A DNA stretch of 64,000 nt. Origin: Lama glama (taxonomy: Eukaryota). The stretch lies in contig CM052817.1 in the NCBI GenBank assembly GCA_028534125.1, positions 50,904,001-50,968,000 on the forward strand. The letters are read 5' to 3'. The notes under the pieces are model-generated. The model had not been told where the DNA came from. It worked only from the letters and a program-made list of their open reading frames with translations, and made no database searches. The translations under genes and the position numbers were made by a program. Positions 13,300 to 26,979 of this stretch are shown piece by piece (within the stretch, counting starts at the first letter, position 1; every line of letters begins with the position of its first letter).

Positions 13300-13550
13300 A
13301 CAGTATGGTTCAGTGTAAGTTTGTGGGCGATGAAGTAGAACTAGCTAAATATCTATCATAGTTCTACCACTTCTAACGGTTACTTTAAGCAATTTAGTTA
13401 ATCTACTTGTGCCTCAGTTACCTGAATCATAAAATGGACATAAAATTGTACCTGCTCATTTGAAGGTACATCATTGAGAAGTCTGAATGAGTTAATATAT
13501 ATAAAGCACTTAGAGTGGTTCCCAGTAGGAATGTTAAACTACCATTATTA
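13300..13550 (+). mobile_element. MIR SINE, degenerate
   Basis: ttaatctacttgtgcctcagtta...taaaatgg...aatgagttaatatatataaagcacttagag. Confidence 0.75.
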
Positions 13551-13623
13551 ATATTTATCTTTCAAATAAGAGTTCCCCTTTCCCCATCTAAATCCTAACT
13601 TTGTTCTCACTTCAGAAGTCTTA

Positions 13624-13950
13624 ATTTTTTTAATTGAAGTATAGCTGATTTACAATGTTGTTAATTTTTGGTGTACAGCATAGTGATTCAGTTATCATGT
13701 AAATTCCTTTTCATATTTTGTCATTATAGGCTATTAAAAGGTGAATATACTTCCCTATGCTATACAGCAGGACCTTGCTGTTTATCTATTTCAAATATAG
13801 TAGTTAGTATCTGCAAATCTCAAGCTCCTCATTTAACTTTCCCCACCCTCCTTTCTCCCTGGTACCCATAAGTTTGTTTTCTATGTCTATGAGCCTGTTT
13901 CTGTTTTGTAAATAAGTGCATATGTGTTTTTTTTTTAGCTTCTACATATA
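13624..13950 (-). mobile_element. Short 5'-truncated L1 (3' UTR only)
   Basis: attgaagtatagctgatttacaatg-type 3' UTR in antisense. TSD tcactt(c/a)a(g/t)aagtctta at 13607-13623 and 13951-13967. Confidence 0.9.
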
Positions 13951-16900
13951 TCACTTAATAAGTCTTACTTTTTACTTAATTCTATTCAAAAAAATTCTAT
14001 TCAGTCTTGGCTAACAGTAGACATGAAACTCAGTGAAAGACCAATTTAAAAAAAATGGCAAACTTCAATATTATTTGATTATTTTAAATCCTGCCCTCTA
14101 CACTTTTTATAAAAGTTATTTTTATAAAGTAGCTAAATGCTATTCTGTAGTAGTTAAGTTTTTACTCATCTCAAACTCATTAAAGAGATTACCATTATTT
14201 ACTCTAGGAGAGTTCAAACATATTCAAGAAAATTGAGCTCTTTCAGTCAAATATTTACCAAGAAGTGCCTTTCAACTATATACACTTATGGGAGAGAGGA
14301 AACTCTAATCAACATAATGATTAAAAAAATAGAAAAATGTGACTCCAGATTTTATAGGAAGAATGAAGGGTAGTGAAATGAAAATGGTTACCAATAGTTT
14401 GCTTATATTGCCTTTGATTTTGATGTGATAAAATTTATCTTGAGTTTTTGAAAGAACTATTTACTTTGATGCTTTTTTTGAATCTTAGGTACAACAAAAC
14501 CATGGACTAGCAGTTCGAGTATACATGTAGCTTTATTTTAAAATTATGTTTCACAAAAAGAATACATATGTTAAAAGTGACATTGCACTTTTCCAGTAGA
14601 AACAAATTGTTAACTTTAAATATAAAATGGGTAAATATACAATATTTTATGTATGTAAGTTTTATATAACATATTTTATAATATATATATAATATATAGA
14701 AAAGGAGAGAGAGACAGGGAAATCAGAAGGGTAGGGAGAGAGAAAATTTTACCAGTTACTCAGGGGAGCAAAAATGCTTAAAGGAGCTAAATTATAAAAT
14801 AAATTTCAGCTGTAAGTTATTGAATAGTTGGTATTTCTCACAAGGGAAATGTCTTCCTTGCACTAAACATAAAAAAATGGCTTTCTTTGGCCATTTATGT
14901 GTATCAACTTTCTGTCAGTCAAAAATAATCATGTCTTTGAAAATTCTACCCTCAAGAGTTGGAAAGGAAGAAGTTCCTACTGATTTTTATCAAACTGTCT
15001 AATAGAAGGGAAAGGAAAATAGAGAATTACCCATATTTCTTGGGAAATAAAATATAGCAAATAATATCTCTTAATAAGTCCAGGGTAAAGAGATTCAAAA
15101 TCAAAGTTAAAGAAAACAAGATACCTTTTCTCTGCATGTTCTGTTTGAGATTCAAAGATTTGAGTAACAAATTCTGAAACATATCCTGAAAAGGGCCTTT
15201 CAGATTAAAAAGACCAACAAAAATTATCTGGTAACATGTAGTATGATAGTATAATAGAAACAGTTCTTCTAGGACTCTGAATTACTTTATTAATACTTAA
15301 TTGTACACATGATGGACATACCATACAATGGGCAATGGCAGGAAATAATACAACTTATGTTAATACAGACATAGTCTCCCCTTAATTGCCTTATAGTATC
15401 AATTCTGTCATAATGGAACAAATGAATTAATCAAAATTCATTCAGAAAAGCATTTAACCATTATAAAGTTATTATTTTTATATTTTATTTTAACTTTTTC
15501 TTTTAAATACACACACAAAATTATTACAATGACCACTTGAGTATAATTTCTCAAACTGCATTATAATACATCTAAAAAGAAAGAAATTAAACTTGGCATA
15601 TTTGAAAAATGACCAAACATTTCAAAGAAAACATAATAAGAGTTATATTTTAGCAGCCAAAGAGCTAGTCATCTCATATGTCAGAAGATGTATGAAAATA
15701 CTTGTTTTCTATACAATCTAAAATATTCAGGCGATAATTGTTAAATAGGTAATTTTGAAAAATACTGTTTTCACTAGACAGGAGTATATATATCTACAAA
15801 TAATACTGTTTTGCACTACATGGGAACATGTATCTGCAAGGTAGACTCTGCTTAAACTAATTGCCGTAGAGTTAAGTATTGAAGGTTACTGGCATAATAG
15901 TGACTCAAAATATTAACATTCTAATCCCACAAAGCTCCACATTGGGAAATTATAGCTAGCTAATGAGCCAAATAAGTTATATGAATAATACTTTTATTGT
16001 GATTATGTGCAGAATGGATGAAGTAATGCAAACAATCATTCATTAAAGCCACTCTAACAGGTAGAGTTGCTAGGATTTTATTGGAGCAGAGCGAGTTAAC
16101 TGGAGCAAAAGACAAAGGCGTGGCTATCTTGATTTCTACTTCTTTGACTTTGGTCCCCTTAAGAGAAACATTTTGAAAAATTATGTTTGGGTTACAATAT
16201 AGGAAAAGTGTCTAAAAATTAAAGTGAAATCTCAGTAATCTTTAAGTTAAACAACATATTCATATGTAAGCATACCAACATATTCACAAGAGCACTTACC
16301 CATTTATACATATTAAGATGATTTACATTTGTCCTAAGTATATTTTAGTGTCCCATGCTTCTTACAGTTCAGGCAGCAGATTTAAACAAACAAAAACAAC
16401 AAAACTGAATCTGGCAGAGCTTTTTTGGATGAATTTGCCAAATGTTTAGAAATGTTCTATTATTTTTCATTCTAAATAGGTAAAAAGTCCAGAGACACAA
16501 GAACATGTTAATAATAAATATTTATTTATTGCAAAGTCCCTTACATGTAAAATGCTTTGTTTCTTTATGTTTCGTTTTGCTTCTTAGAAGGGAAAATGCT
16601 TCCTGGCTGGTTCTTGAATACATATTTCTATTAAAAGGAATAGGTCAAATAATGGTTATTTTTTTAATGATAAAAACTATGGATTTATTTACTCCATGGT
16701 TATATCAATAGGGCAATAAACAATTCAGTTAGAAATGGTAATATAATATTTCATCCCTTCCTTTTATTGAATTTATTATAATTTTTAAATTTTTTGCTAA
16801 TTTTGTGTCAGAGTTGAACATTTAAGACCATTAAATTGTCTCTTCTAATGTCTTATTATTGTCTACCACAAATAATTTTTAGGTAAGAAAAACCTTTTTA

Positions 16901-17469
16901 ATGAGATAATATACATTATCCCATTTCATTATATATTGATATGTTTCAATAAAAATGTGGGATTCAATCCTTGTAACAATCCTTTTAACAATTCTTATTT
17001 CTTTTACAAGTCTTGTTTATTTCACAGAAGTTTCCTTAGGTTAAGTCTCATTTCTTAAGTCTAGGAATTTAATTCAGTCTCCCTACCTCAAAGGCAAAAC
17101 ACCTATGTCAAACCACGCCTCGATACTTTCAGTGTACTCTAGTCATTCCAGTATGTATCACATTCTGTGCTTTCAGACTCATCTCCATTTTTAGCATGGC
17201 AGACTTTTTCTTTACTTTCTTGGGGAAGATAGCTTTGTCAAGAGCAAAATAGAAGTTGTGATTCTAAAATAGGACTTTTAGGTGATTTCTTTTGCAAATG
17301 TTCATTCATTTGTAATGTCTAGGTTTTTATGACCAGTTCAATTTCTAGGGATGAGAGACTCCTGAGTTTCACAGGACTTCTTCCTACATTAATTACTTCT
17401 TCCTCTTTCTACTTTTAGTGCCACGTAATTCCTTCCAATGCTGCACATCCTTCCCTTGTTATGTATGTC

Positions 17470-17610
17470 TTTCTTACCTTGTAGACTGTAAATTCCTCAA
17501 GGGCAGAACTTGAGTATTAGTCATTATACTATTCACTCAGATTTGGCAAGCTTTATTATAGTTGTTTTTATGCATAGCAACTAGTCTATAAATATCTTTC
17601 TTTAATGAAA
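17470..17610 (+). mobile_element. L2 3' end fragment
   Basis: tagactgtaaattcctcaagggcag is the typical L2 3' motif. Confidence 0.55.
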
Positions 17611-19055
17611 TTATATAAACTCTTGTTAATTTAGCTAAGTTGAAGTAAAGTAAAATTATTCTGTTGGTTTTAATTTATGGGTTCAGTTCTTAGCATTGGC
17701 ATATTTAATGTCTTTTTGGTTTTCTCTTTCTGCATATGTGAGTGTATGTTTTTTCCTGTTCAGAATAAAGCAAACAGATAAGCTTTTTTTTTAATATGGC
17801 TAAATTATGTCATAAAGCACTTTCTTTGTCTTTTTTGGAAAATGCATATAAAACAAAAAAGTCTGATTCACTGAACATTTGGCTGGTTTGAAAAATAAAT
17901 AAAAATCCAAGTCGATTTAAGTAAATTTTAATACCTTTTGAAATTCTGATTAGTCAACTGATGTTTCTGATTATCATGAGAATTTTCAAGGGGAATATAG
18001 TCTAGGGACTGTCATTCTAATGACTATTAAGATTTATTTATTGGATGAATATCATGTTACACATTCCTTTAACCTCTCCTGGTTGATTATTTTTAAAGAG
18101 CTATGAAAAAAGTGGCACAATATGTGTTGAAGTACATTTACTTTCACAGACCTAGATATTAAAATCCTCATGCTACTCCTCTTGAAATAAAAATATGACT
18201 TGATATACAAATCTCATTAGTGTAGGCATAAAGTTTCTATCAGATATTATAGAATCACTGTTAAACAATCTGAATTTAGATTGTATATAGACTTAATGGT
18301 TTCCAGATTAAGAATCTCTGAAAGATAAAATATCTTGGTACCTTGATGACTTGTTCTTCATGAGATTATCAATTAAAAAGCAAACCTTTTGAAACTAGTG
18401 TGTTACATTTAGTAAATAATTATTCTGCCATCCACAAGCTCTCATCAACTCCTAATGCCCATGAGAGAGGCCTCATAACTAAATAATAAAATCTGCAGTA
18501 TCAGAGTAAGTCAATTTGTGGTCACATTTCTGGGAACAGAATTCACGTTGACTTCAAGGGTAGAAAATTTAGTTGTAATGCAACTGTCATAGGTAAGAGG
18601 TTATCTGCACAAGCAGTGTTTAAGAAGTGGCCACCATCCTAAATTTCAAAAACTAAATTCTATCCTTGAATGGACATATGCAAACTCTATTGATTTCAGG
18701 CCATCGCCTTATTTTTTTTTTTTTTTAAGAAAAGTTGATATTTCTGTCATTACCAGCTGGAAAAAATAGGATGTTTGAATGAAATAAGCAGAGTAAGCTT
18801 AATTGCCTGTGTGTGTATTATATACATTCATTAATTAAATTTTCTCTACATTTTAGTAACTTATAAACAAACAAGATACTGAGATACACATATTTAAGTT
18901 TGAAAGGCAATTCTAGTTATAGAGGTATAAAATGTTATAGCTCCTTTGGGTCCTTTCAAACATTATTCAAATTTTATTTGCTAACAGATAATTATTTTAA
19001 ATTCAGCTTTGTGGTTCCACTTCTGCTATTAAGCTGTGGATGGGAGTGTAGTTTT

Positions 19056-20238
19056 GTTTTGTTTTTTTGGTTTTTTTTTTTGGAATTGAATACTATTTAT
19101 TTATTTACTTATTTTTATTGAAGTAGAATCAGTTTACAATGGTGTGTCAGTTTCTGGTGTACAGCATAATAGTTCAGTCATACATATATTCATCTTCATA
19201 TTCTTTTTCATTATAGGTTACTACAACAGATTGAATATAGTTCCCTGTGCTATGCAATATAAACTTGTTCTTTATTTTATATATAGTAGTTAGTATCTGC
19301 AAATCTCGGACTCTCAGAAATTTATCCCTTTTCAGCCCCTTCCCCCTCCCCCATAAGTTTGTCTTCTATGTCTGTGAGTCTGTTTCTGTTTTGTAAATAA
19401 GTTCAGTTGTCTTTTTTTTTTCTTCAGATTCAGCACATAAGCAATGTCATATGGTAGTTTTCTTTCTCTTTTGGGCTTACTTCACTTAGAATGACAGTCT
19501 CGGGTCTATCCATGTTGCTACAAATGGCATTATTTTATTCTTTTTATGGCTGAGTAGTATTCCATTGTATAAATGTACCACAACTTCTTCATCCAGTCAT
19601 CTGTCAATGGACATTTAGGTTGTTTCTATGTCTTGGTTATTATAAATAGTGCTGCTTTGAACATGGGGGTGCATGTATCTTTTTGAATTAAAATTCCATC
19701 TGGATATATGCCCAGGAGTGGAATTGCTTGATCATATGGGTAGTCTATTTTTAGTCTTTTGAGGAATCTCCATACTGTTTTCCGTAATGGCTGCACAAAA
19801 CTACATTCCACCAACAGTGCAGGAGGGTTCCCATTTCTCCACACCCTCTCCAGCATTTATCATTTGTGGACTTTTTAATGATGGCCATTCTGAGTGGTGT
19901 GAGATGACACCTCCTTGTAGTTTTGATTTGCATTTCTCTGATCATTAGTAATATTGAACATTTTTTTTCATGTGCCTGTTGGCCATTTGCATGTCTTCAT
20001 TGGAGAATTGCTTGTTTAGGTCTTCTGCCCAGTTTTGGATTGGTTTGTTTGTTTTTTATTATTAAGGTGTATGAGCTGTCTGTATAGTCTGAAATTAAGC
20101 CCCTGTCAATCTCATCTCTTGCAAATATTTTCTCCCAGTCTGTAGGTTGACTTTTGTTTTGCTTATGGTTTCCTTTACTGTGCAAATGCTAGGGGAGTCT
20201 ACCCAGGCAACAGAAATAAAAGCAAAAGTAAACAAACA
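19056..20238 (-). mobile_element. 5'-truncated L1 (about 1.1 kb) with a short 5' inversion
   Basis: Poly-T tail, antisense 3' UTR, and ORF2 C-terminal peptides ([16 protein letters not shown]). A sense-oriented piece lies at 20191-20238. Confidence 0.92.
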
Positions 20239-22834
20239 GGATTGTGGTCTTAAACTTCTCTCTCCTTCCCCCATGATAATTGGTATGGGCCTAAACAGCA
20301 GCTTTGAGAAAGCTATAAATATAAGAACTGGTGACCTTGAATTTTTTTTTATCATATGTGTTCAACTGTAAAATTCTCTTTTCCAATTTTGATGTTATTG
20401 CTCCATCCACAGCAGTAGATAATGTGTCAAACTTGGTTTTTTCCCCTGGTTCAACTATAGAAATAGTGATCAATTTCTAAGAAGTAAACGCTGAGCTTTG
20501 GAACTTCACAAAGAGAGCTAGTGGGGAATGGAGAAGTCACTGTCAAAGTACTAATGTACCTTATACTTATCAGAAATATCCCATTCTCTCTCCCTTAATG
20601 TACACAATTTATAGAAAACCCTATGGCTTACATCATCAGAAAAATAAGCACTACATCTAGAATAAGACATAATGGAATACATAAATAAACATGTACTGAA
20701 TTTAACCTGGTTAAAAAAGTAATTTTAAAATCTCAGAATTTAATGTTCTTGATTTTAGCTAGAAATACTGATTTATACAAAGTAAATATACAAATAGCTA
20801 GTCCACTGTTAAATAGCTTTGTGGATTACTATATGATCCAAGTGATAAAAATAACTTTCAATTGTCACAAGTTTGTGATTTCTTATTTGGCTCAACCTAC
20901 TCTAAATGTGTAAAGCCTTACACTTCCTTTCAATAATAACGAAAGCATCAAGTACATATGCAAACGTACACAGATATGCAAGACCAAGTTCATGTATACA
21001 CCTCTCTCAGACATACAGCTCTTTTCTTAAATGTTTAGCACTTTTCATAAAGTCCACTTTGTGTACAGCTAAGTGGTAGTAAAATGTGAAGGAGCAAGAC
21101 ACTTGACACTTTCTACCTTTGAATACAATGGCTCTTCCCTCACAAATTAATTTTAATATCTATGGATAGTTTGTCATGAATTGAAAAGTTTTGCATGAAT
21201 ACACACAATTAGATTTATATGCAAATCTTGGACTTCTTCTGGAATACTAAGAGATGTACTTTGAGATGAGAGATCAGAGAGGAATAAGAAATGAAACTCC
21301 AAAAACTCAAGTTGCTATATAACTGGGAAGTGGCTGTGAAATATTTTTTCTTTTTCTGCTCTTAACAGAATATGTATAAATTAGCATTCATTTTTAAAAA
21401 CTTGGTATGATAGATATTCAGTGGGAAAAAAATCCCCCAGGAAAACTAGAAAAATTTGTTTTGGAAAATGCTTCCAAAAAGTGGCTAAAGTTTAGGAATC
21501 CTAGTTAAAATAGTAAAGATCACGTTCTTTTCTGGGTCTTCCCTCCCTGCTTCTTTCCAAATACTCTGCCACCATTGGAGGAAAAAGTGCAAATTCATGG
21601 CTCCCTCTGCAATTTTCTGCAGTGTGTACAATTATCTTTATTTTCATAAAGATAATAAATTGTTTAAGTCCCCTTCTCTATGCCTGTTCTGGTGGGACTA
21701 CTTTTCTTGTCACAAAATAATCTAGACTATGATAGATCCTAGAAAGGCAGTGTTTTCTGCAGCACTGGACAGTCTAAAGCCTCTGTGGTACCTCTATGTG
21801 TGTTTCTGTGTGTTGGGGAAAAATGAATGAGAAGGGAAAGACGCATTTCTTTGAAGCCTTTGTGCTCTATGTTACTAGGGGCAACTCTAAGCAGTTAGAG
21901 AGAGAACTTCAAGGGCGTCACTTTAATTTATTTATTACATTAGGCTCATGCTCTGTATTTCTGTAAATGCCTTTATCTGGTAACAAGAATCAAGTCCTTT
22001 CTATACATATAAATGCTGAACTTTATAAATTCAATAACATTTTAAGGAGGGGGAACAAAGCAAATCTAGTACTTGATAATTTGCTGAAAGAAAAGAAAAA
22101 GAAAAAAATATGCTCTACATTATCTTCAGTCATAGGAAAGGAAAGATAAATTAGTCACAAATTCAGATCAATAGAATGTCCATGAAGAGTATTGTTAAAT
22201 CTTCTGTAAATGACTAACTGGAGGATTTGAAACACAATTAATTGCCTATTGTAGATATTTCCTCATAGGAGTAATAGATGCCTGATCATCTGAGATTATA
22301 TCTGCTTCATGCATACAAACTACATGAGGCAATGATGCCACAAAGGCTCCCAATATCATCAGTCACACGCAAAACAGATGGAAGCAGCAAAGGGAAAGGG
22401 GCTCAATACTAAATAGTAAACCCTCCGACTATGATTTTTTAAGGGTACTTAAAACTACTGCCTACATGAACAATAACTTGCTATAGAAACAGGAAAGAGA
22501 AACTCCTAAGATAATGTAAAAAGTGAAATCTTTTAAATATTCTTTTGGGGGGGTGAGTGGTTAAGTGAAATATTTGATATCTTCCACATGGCAACAATAT
22601 CATCTCCCACTTCTAATAACTGCATTTCTCCATTCTTCTATGTTATTATCTCCTTTTCTTAAATTCTTGTTTTTCCAGATGAAAATCAGCCCAAAACTTG
22701 ATCATATAAAATTATTTTTTCAGTTCTAGTTTTAGTATCTACCATGAAGCTAAATTGTGTTTCCAAATTGGGAGTCCAGAAAATTTGGCCTATTCAATGT
22801 GGATAGTGCTAAATATAATTATTTGTTTTATTTC

Positions 22835-22980
22835 TTTCATTCAATGAACATTTTTAAAGACCCTAACATGCAAGGCAGTTTGTTTTATGTGCTATGAAAA
22901 TACAAAGATGAATTAGTCAGAGATGATGCCCTTAAGGTATTCCCACTGTAGTAGGGAAGACAGACCAATTTATAAAACTT
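22835..22980 (-). mobile_element. L2 3' end fragment
   Basis: tcattcaatgaacattttta...atacaaagatgaattag...tgcccttaagg...tagtagggaagacagac. Confidence 0.6.
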
Positions 22981-23585
22981 AAGTGTGGATTCTAATATGT
23001 GAGCCTTAAGATTTAGAGATATATCATGATTATTAATGATTTTCCTAATTTTTGATAAAAATAGTGTGGGTCAAAAATGGCAGATGCAAACAAACTAGGA
23101 GGTCTGAAAGTAAAAATACCCATAGCTGTACAATGAATTTGTATAAAGGCAGGTAATGCCAATATTTTAAAGAGACATCTTTCAGTAGAGATCTGAGAAG
23201 AGTAATAGAGACAAGCAAATTCAATTCTGTATGTGGTTAATATATTCATGAGGTAATAGCTAAACCAAAACTAGAAATTGAAGGTCATAGACTCTAGTCC
23301 AGTGTTCTGTGCATTATGGAAATACACACTTTACTTACCAAAAACTGTACTTTCTACTTGATAGAAGACAAATAAGTGAAAAGTGGAGCATATTAAAGAA
23401 CAAGTTATAATTATATTTCAAAGAGTATTTATAACCCTATTACCCAGATACCACTGTATTTTAAAATACTGCTTTCTGGAAGTTAAAGTGATTTGTATAT
23501 TTATATATACAATGTATATATTTATATTTATTCCATGGTGAAAAAGAAGAGATGAGAGAAAATCATGATAAAAGTTTAGAATAGA

Positions 23586-23703
23586 GGGGAGGGTATAGCT
23601 CAAGTGGTAGAGCGCATGCTTAGCATGCATGAGTTCCTGGGTTCAATCCCCAGTACCTCCTCCAAATATAAATAAACCTAATAACTTTTGTTTTATGAGG
23701 GTA
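23586..23703 (+). mobile_element. tRNA-Ala-derived SINE (camelid Vic-1-like)
   Basis: GGGGAGGGTATAGCTCAAGTGGTAGAGCGCATGCTTAGCATGCATGAGTTCCTGGGTTCAATCCCCAGTACCTCC has an A box, a B box and an AGC anticodon loop. It is followed by an aaataaacctaa tail and flanked by a direct repeat (tagaataga). Confidence 0.9.
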
Positions 23704-24499
23704 AGTATAGAATAGAGGGTAAGGAAAATAATTATAAAATATGTTCTAAAAAGAGTGAATTAGATTAGCTGGGATAGAGGAGAGGTATTAAAGATAGATT
23801 TTGTAAATCAAGAAACTATATTAATCATTACTCCTATTTTAGATGGCAATATTATCTAATTTATACTTAATACTGTGTTTCTGACATATCCTTGTATTAC
23901 CTGTATTGTATTTATTGATATATTTTTGTCAACTGACTTAAACATATTTTAATTATGTCCTAACTGAAAACCTTTAACACTTGCCATGAATCCATAACTT
24001 TAAAAGAAAATAAACTAGTTAAATTAAAATGAACATTAAAGTAGATAAAATAGAAATTGTATCTCTATTCTTTCAACACCAGTTATCTTTGATTTTGTAT
24101 GTCATTAGACAGTGCAAAACTTTTCAAACTACCTTTGATAGGCTTGGGTACTGATCTTTAAAACTAAATGAAACTTTGTGTCTCTTAAAAATAACAATGT
24201 GAAGAAAATTCCAAAATACCTATTTTTCCAAATATATAAAGTGATTTGTCTGAATACTGTTTTCTAAAGTACAGGTAAAAGGGTCTTTTCTCTAAACTGC
24301 TACTACCTGGTTTGTGACAATACTTACAAAAATCTCTCTAATGAATTTTAAGTGCTTCCTTACAATGCTTTCAGTATTTTCAGAAAATATTAAAGAGGAA
24401 TCCATAAGTTGTTCAGACAAGAAATGTTTAATTATTGCTTAGTTAGAATAAATAAATGAGTTTCTCCTAAACCTTAGTTATATTTTTAGTCATATATAT

Positions 24500-24620
24500 A
24501 ATTTGGTCATTTAGAGAGTTTACTGTGTACCACAAACATTTAAATTTTCTAACAATTCTACAAATTTGGTACTAGTACCAGCTACTTTAAAGCTGAGGAA
24601 ATTGAGGTTCAAAAGGTGAA
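24500..24620 (-). mobile_element. MIR fragment
   Basis: tttaaagctgaggaaattgaggttcaaaaggtgaa is the antisense MIR core. Confidence 0.55.
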
Positions 24621-24759
24621 ATTAAAAAGTAGATTTTTTGGTACAAGGCATTTTCCTTGAACCCTGAGTTCTGGGACCTCAAAGGGAATGGAACCAGAGC
24701 TTGAAGTTCATTAGGTCCTGGCTCCCCGCACAGAGTGGTTGCAGATCTTTATTCTAACA

Positions 24760-25015
24760 TGAATGTGAGGTTGAAGACTTCCTGAGACATGCTGGCCTCA
24801 TATTGAGGGGCGAGCTGCTGAGGTAGGAACCATGCGATGGCTTTAAAGCTTTACTAGGATCTAACACACATCACTTCCATTCACATTTCATGGATCCATG
24901 CAAGTCGGGTATCCTACATCAGTAGATTAGAACGACTAGCAAGGGAACTGGTCAAAGGGGGCCAGTCAGATAGGGCTAAGAAAGGGCAGTAAATGTTCTG
25001 AATAAGAAATACATG
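24760..25015. mobile_element. Ancient MaLR LTR fragment (MLT1I/J-like)
   Basis: ctttaaagctt...cacacatcacttccattcacatttcatgg...gcaagtc motif. Confidence 0.55.
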
Positions 25016-25654
25016 TACACACCCCTGGTTCCAAACAAGAACAAAAAGTAAAGCTGAAAATACAATATAAGTGCTTTATTTTTATTAAGCAATTGAATCT
25101 TTACTTTAGTAAATGAGTACTATTTTAAAACAGACACTTACACACATAGCAAAAGTTATCATTGGACATAAATACTTACTTCTGGAAGAATCATTTTTTT
25201 GTGTAATGATAGTTGAAAAGTTTTGTGGAAAAAAAATATGGTGTTTCCACTCTGAAAATGAATACTTAAAAGTTGAAATCAGCCAGAAGTAGAGCTACTT
25301 CAGCAGGATCACTTGTCAATATAACTTTTGAAGATACTTCTAGTTTGACTCTGAGAGCTTTAACTAGAATATATATTTAAGAATAATTTTAATTTTTAAA
25401 TTAGCATCTGAATGAATTTATTAATCTTGTTCCCTCAGTATGTTCATATTTAAAAGCCATCATGATATTTTGCACTTGTTAAATTATTCTTTATGGAGAG
25501 TTTGAATTTATCTTTTTAAATGAAGGGTGTTTTCTTCTTTTTCTGTTGATTTTTAATGTTACCTCTGAAACTGCTTTATCTAATTTATGGAGCTTTTATT
25601 CAGTTTAATAAGAGTGATTAATGTTTTTCCTCATAGTTAAAAATAGGAATATTT

Positions 25655-26838
25655 GAGAAACTAGACTACTGTGTACACAAAATTTAACTCAACTCAAAAT
25701 GGGTTAAAGACTTGAATGTAAGATCTGACACCATAAAATTCCTAGAAGAAAACATAGGCAGTGAGCTCCTTGACATCAGTCTTAGTGATGTTCTTGCACA
25801 TCTGCCTGCAAAGGCAAGAGAAACAAAAGCAAAAAGAAATGGGACTAAATCAAACTAAAAAGCTTCTGCACAGTGAAGAAAACCATCATAAAAACAAAAA
25901 AACAACCTACTGAATGAGAAAAGATATTTGCAAATCATGTATCCAATAAGGGGTGAGGATCCAAAATATATAATGAACTCTTACAACTCAACAACAAAAC
26001 AACCCAATTAAAAATGATTAGAGAATATGAATAAGCATTTTCCCAAAGAAAATATACAGATAGCCAACAGGCACATGGAAAGATGTTCAACATCACTAAT
26101 TATTAGGAAAAGGCAAAGAAAACCACAATGAAATATTACCTCACACTTGTCAGAATGGCAAATGTTGAAAAGATTAAAAAAAACAAATGTTCAAGAAGAT
26201 ACGGAGAAAACAGAACTGTTGTACACTGTTTGTAAATGGGGACTGTAAATCAGTATAGCTACTATAGAAAACAATACGGAGATTCCTCAAACAATTAAAA
26301 TAGAACTATTACCCAGCATTTTACTTCCAGGCATATTTCTAAAAAACATGAAAACACTAATTCAAAAAGATATATGCACCCCTGTGTTCACTGCAGCATT
26401 ATTTACAATATCCATGTTATGAAAATGAAGTGAAGTGTCTACAGATAGATGAATGGATAAAGAAGATGTTGCATACATATACCATGAAATATTACTCAGC
26501 CATAAAAAAGAATGAAATCTTGCAACATTTGCAACAATGCATCCACATTTGCAACAATGTGGATGGAACTTGAATTTATTATGCTATGTGAAAAAATAGA
26601 TATAGGAAGACAAACACCATATGAGTTTTCATATATGAAATCTAAAAAAACCAAAACAGAACAAACAAAACAAAGTCATAGATACAGAGGGGAAGAGGGG
26701 AGGTAGATGTGAAATGAGTGAATGGCACCAACTCTACGGTGATGGGTGGCAACTAGACTTCTGGTGATCACTTTACAGTATATACAGATGTTGAACTATA
26801 ATGCTGTATACCCTTAACTTATGATAATAAAAAAAAAA
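25655..26838 (+). mobile_element. 5'-truncated L1 3' portion, older subfamily
   Basis: ORF2 text (cctagaagaaaacataggc, gggactaaatcaaactaaaaagcttctgcacag, gatatatgcacccctgtgttcactgcagc), a short 3' UTR and a poly-A tail at about 26828-26838. Confidence 0.92.
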
Positions 26839-26979
26839 GATTCTGAGGTACCTAGTCTGGGTGAAGGGCTAAATCATCATAGCATTATCAGATAGAAGTA
26901 AATCAATAAATAGATAAATAAGTAGAAAGAACGATACTGGTTGTGGGCTTTTTCAACATCCTCATGAGAACCATTACTT

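Noticed and set aside
15761..15840. Degenerate 41-bp tandem repeat (also a 17-bp one at 40804-40835)
   Set aside because: Two-copy slippage products with nothing further to support a function.
16000..16160. Minus-strand terminal exon with AATAAA
   Set aside because: Weak AAG acceptor and unrecognised peptides; AATAAA is common in this composition.
20291..20473. 60-aa ORF (VEPGEKTKFDTLSTAV...) as an exon
   Set aside because: No convincing donor and no recognisable homology.
23586..23663. Functional tRNA-Ala(AGC) gene
   Set aside because: It has an extended 5' end, a SINE tail and a flanking direct repeat, so it is a tRNA-derived SINE.
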